This document shows positions 62,466-64,000 of a DNA stretch of 64,000 nt, one piece after another. A program made the translations under genes and the position numbers. Position 1 is the stretch's first letter, and each line of letters opens with the position of its first letter. The notes beneath the pieces were generated by a model. It was not told the origin of the DNA, ran no database searches, and saw nothing but the letters and a program-made list of their open reading frames with translations. The stretch is from Chthoniobacterales bacterium (GTDB lineage: Bacteria; Verrucomicrobiota; Verrucomicrobiia; Chthoniobacterales; UBA10450), in contig DATBCV010000019.1 of assembly GCA_036270275.1 (NCBI GenBank), forward strand, positions 10,883-74,882, written 5' to 3'.

Positions 62466-64000
62466 TTATGCCGCGCTCGGCGCAGGAAGTTCTTTTTCTC
62501 GAGAGCCTGCGTCCTTTGGGCTAAAGCTTCGCCAGTGTTCCAACGGCAAACTCGCCGCGGTGATCAGCGCGAGTTGACTAATCATGAAGCCGAGCAGCCA
62601 CGGAAACGCTTTCTGCATGAAGCCGTAGGAATGCAGACCGACGCCGAGCATGTTAACGCCGAACCACGAGAAACTCGTCACGATGTTTCCAAAAATCGCC
62701 ATCACCATCAGTCCACGTTGCCGAATGAATCCGCCCCAGCGCGCGTGCAAAACGATCGCGCACCAAAGCACAATGAGCACCGCGCCGTTTTCTTTCGGGT
62801 CCCAACCCCAGAAACGTCCCCACGATTGATCGGCCCAGATTCCACCGAGCACGGTGCCGACAAAACTGAACAACGTCGCAAAACAAACGACGCCGTAAGT
62901 CATGCGCGCCAATGAGTCGGCCGTTTGCTTTGTCAGCGAGCGCGTGAACACACCACGCACGACGTAAATGATCGCGAGCATTCCGGCGAGAAACATCGCG
63001 GAGTAACCGGTGGTGATCGCGACCACGTGCGTCGCGAGCCAAATATTTGTGTCGAGCACCGCTTGCAACATTTCCAGCGTGTCGCCACTGCCTGCGAGAT
63101 GATGAGCGATGATCAAAGTGACAAAACCGATCGCCCCGGCGCAGGCCGCTCCGATTCCATCGCGAAAGATTCGTTCCAGAATCAAAGCGACAATCACGGC
63201 GCCCCAGCCGATGAAAATTGCGGATGAATAAAGATTCGTGACCGGGGGCCGTTCCTGCAGATACATGCGCGCAAACAGGCCGAAGCTGTGGATCATCAGC
63301 GCGAGGACCAGGAAATAGAACGCGGAGCGATTCAAGGTGCGGTTCCAAACAAGCCAGGACGTGCACGCGAGGAGAAATGCGAGCAGATAGATCGCCATGC
63401 TTTGGCTGAATGGCTGCAGGCGATTAAAGAGAAACTCGAATGACGCCCGCTTCACCACGTTCGGCTGCTCGTTGGCGAAAAATTTCGCGGCAAGATCGAC
63501 ATGTTCGTTGAAGCGCGCGTGATCTTTCGCGCGATACGCATCGCCGATCAGCGCGTATTCTTTGACGATGGGATGAATTTCTCCGGTCGCGACCGAGTGA
63601 AGCAAGCTGTCACCGATCGAATGCCAGTCGCTCTGCCCTTTCACAGGCGGAACGGCGAGGATGTAGGCCATCTCGGAAAGCTTCTCGTATTTTTGAATCA
63701 ACTCGACGACTTCGTTGAGCTTCTCATCGTCGAATTGTTCGCCTTGCTGATGTTGATGAGCGGCTTTCGCGGCCTCCGGCACGGCGGCGATGTAAAATTG
63801 AAGCTCACCCGCGTAATTTTGACTGCCTTCGAGCTGCACGCTGTTCTTCAGGCGTTCGTAAAGCGTGAGCGCGTTCCGCAAATTCAGGATCGCGGTTTGA
63901 AACGCGGAACGCTGGACCGCTTCGAGTTTGTCCGCCTGGTCGCCTTGTTCCTGAATTTGTTGAAGGAACTGCGCGAGTTCCGTGAAGCTGAAATATTTCC
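62466..64000 (-). CDS. ccsA: cytochrome c biogenesis protein CcsA/ResC-type (5' end lies outside the window)
   Basis: The WWD haem-handling motif WGRFWGWDPKENGA is present and the protein is polytopic. The reading frame stays open upstream of the track start (TTG at 63881) to the window end. Confidence 0.8.
   Translation of the reverse strand, partial: KYFSFTELAQFLQQIQEQGDQADKLEAVQRSAFQTAILNLRNALTLYERLKNSVQLEGSQNYAGELQFYIAAVPEAAKAAHQHQQGEQFDDEKLNEVVELIQKYEKLSEMAYILAVPPVKGQSDWHSIGDSLLHSVATGEIHPIVKEYALIGDAYRAKDHARFNEHVDLAAKFFANEQPNVVKRASFEFLFNRLQPFSQSMAIYLLAFLLACTSWLVWNRTLNRSAFYFLVLALMIHSFGLFARMYLQERPPVTNLYSSAIFIGWGAVIVALILERIFRDGIGAACAGAIGFVTLIIAHHLAGSGDTLEMLQAVLDTNIWLATHVVAITTGYSAMFLAGMLAIIYVVRGVFTRSLTKQTADSLARMTYGVVCFATLFSFVGTVLGGIWADQSWGRFWGWDPKENGAVLIVLWCAIVLHARWGGFIRQRGLMVMAIFGNIVTSFSWFGVNMLGVGLHSYGFMQKAFPWLLGFMISQLALITAASLPLEHWRSFSPKDAGSREKELPAPSAA

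Noticed and set aside
1437-63501. The possibility that the recurring 10-mer marks a CRISPR array, a MITE or an IS family
   Set aside because: The spacing is irregular (0.2-7 kb) and the orientation is mixed. Flanks are not conserved, and most copies lie inside conserved housekeeping genes. No cas or transposase genes are present.
1437-63501. The possibility that the 10-mer is a Chi-, KOPS- or AIMS-like polar signal
   Set aside because: The counts are 24 forward and 24 reverse with orientations interleaved along the window, so there is no strand polarity at this scale.
1-64000. tRNA, rRNA, tmRNA, integrase, transposase and prophage genes
   Set aside because: No T-loop or acceptor-like sequences appear in any intergenic spacer. 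No ORF has recombinase or phage hallmarks.

Overview
This 64-kb chromosomal window has about 57% GC. It is probably from a PVC-type, Verrucomicrobiota-like soil bacterium; that is my inference from gene content. About 60 genes are dense on both strands and most are housekeeping: acnA, RNase P RNA, rpsI-rplM, proS, frr-pyrH, rpoN, folB-argH, an mqnC-like radical SAM gene, bamA-skp, a murein amidase, a UvrD-like helicase, an ABC exporter, a pbpC plus alpha-2-macroglobulin pair, and ccsA. Accessory content includes a DUF433/DUF5615 toxin-antitoxin pair, two ECF sigma plus Ser/Thr kinase pairs, an HTTM protein and several outer-membrane beta-barrels. I found no tRNA, rRNA, CRISPR array, transposase or integrase. 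Five signals stand out. (1) The 10-mer AAGATCGACA/TGTCGATCTT occurs at least 48 times, 24 per orientation, in intergenic DNA and in all codon phases, which resembles a DNA uptake sequence. (2) A cytoplasmic haem peroxidase is translationally coupled to a stand-alone LanM-type dehydratase/kinase domain (DUF4135). This pair converges on an NHLP-like small peptide gene that ends an ECF sigma/kinase operon. (3) A 58-aa UBact (Pup-like) ORF, absent from the ORF track, overlaps the start of a prcB-prcA proteasome pair. (4) Two cargo insertions are each flanked by duplicated 3' ends of the neighbouring gene. (5) A CTGTAG-hairpin repeat family has one copy inside the RNase P RNA gene. All homology calls were made by eye from motifs and need HMM or BLAST confirmation.
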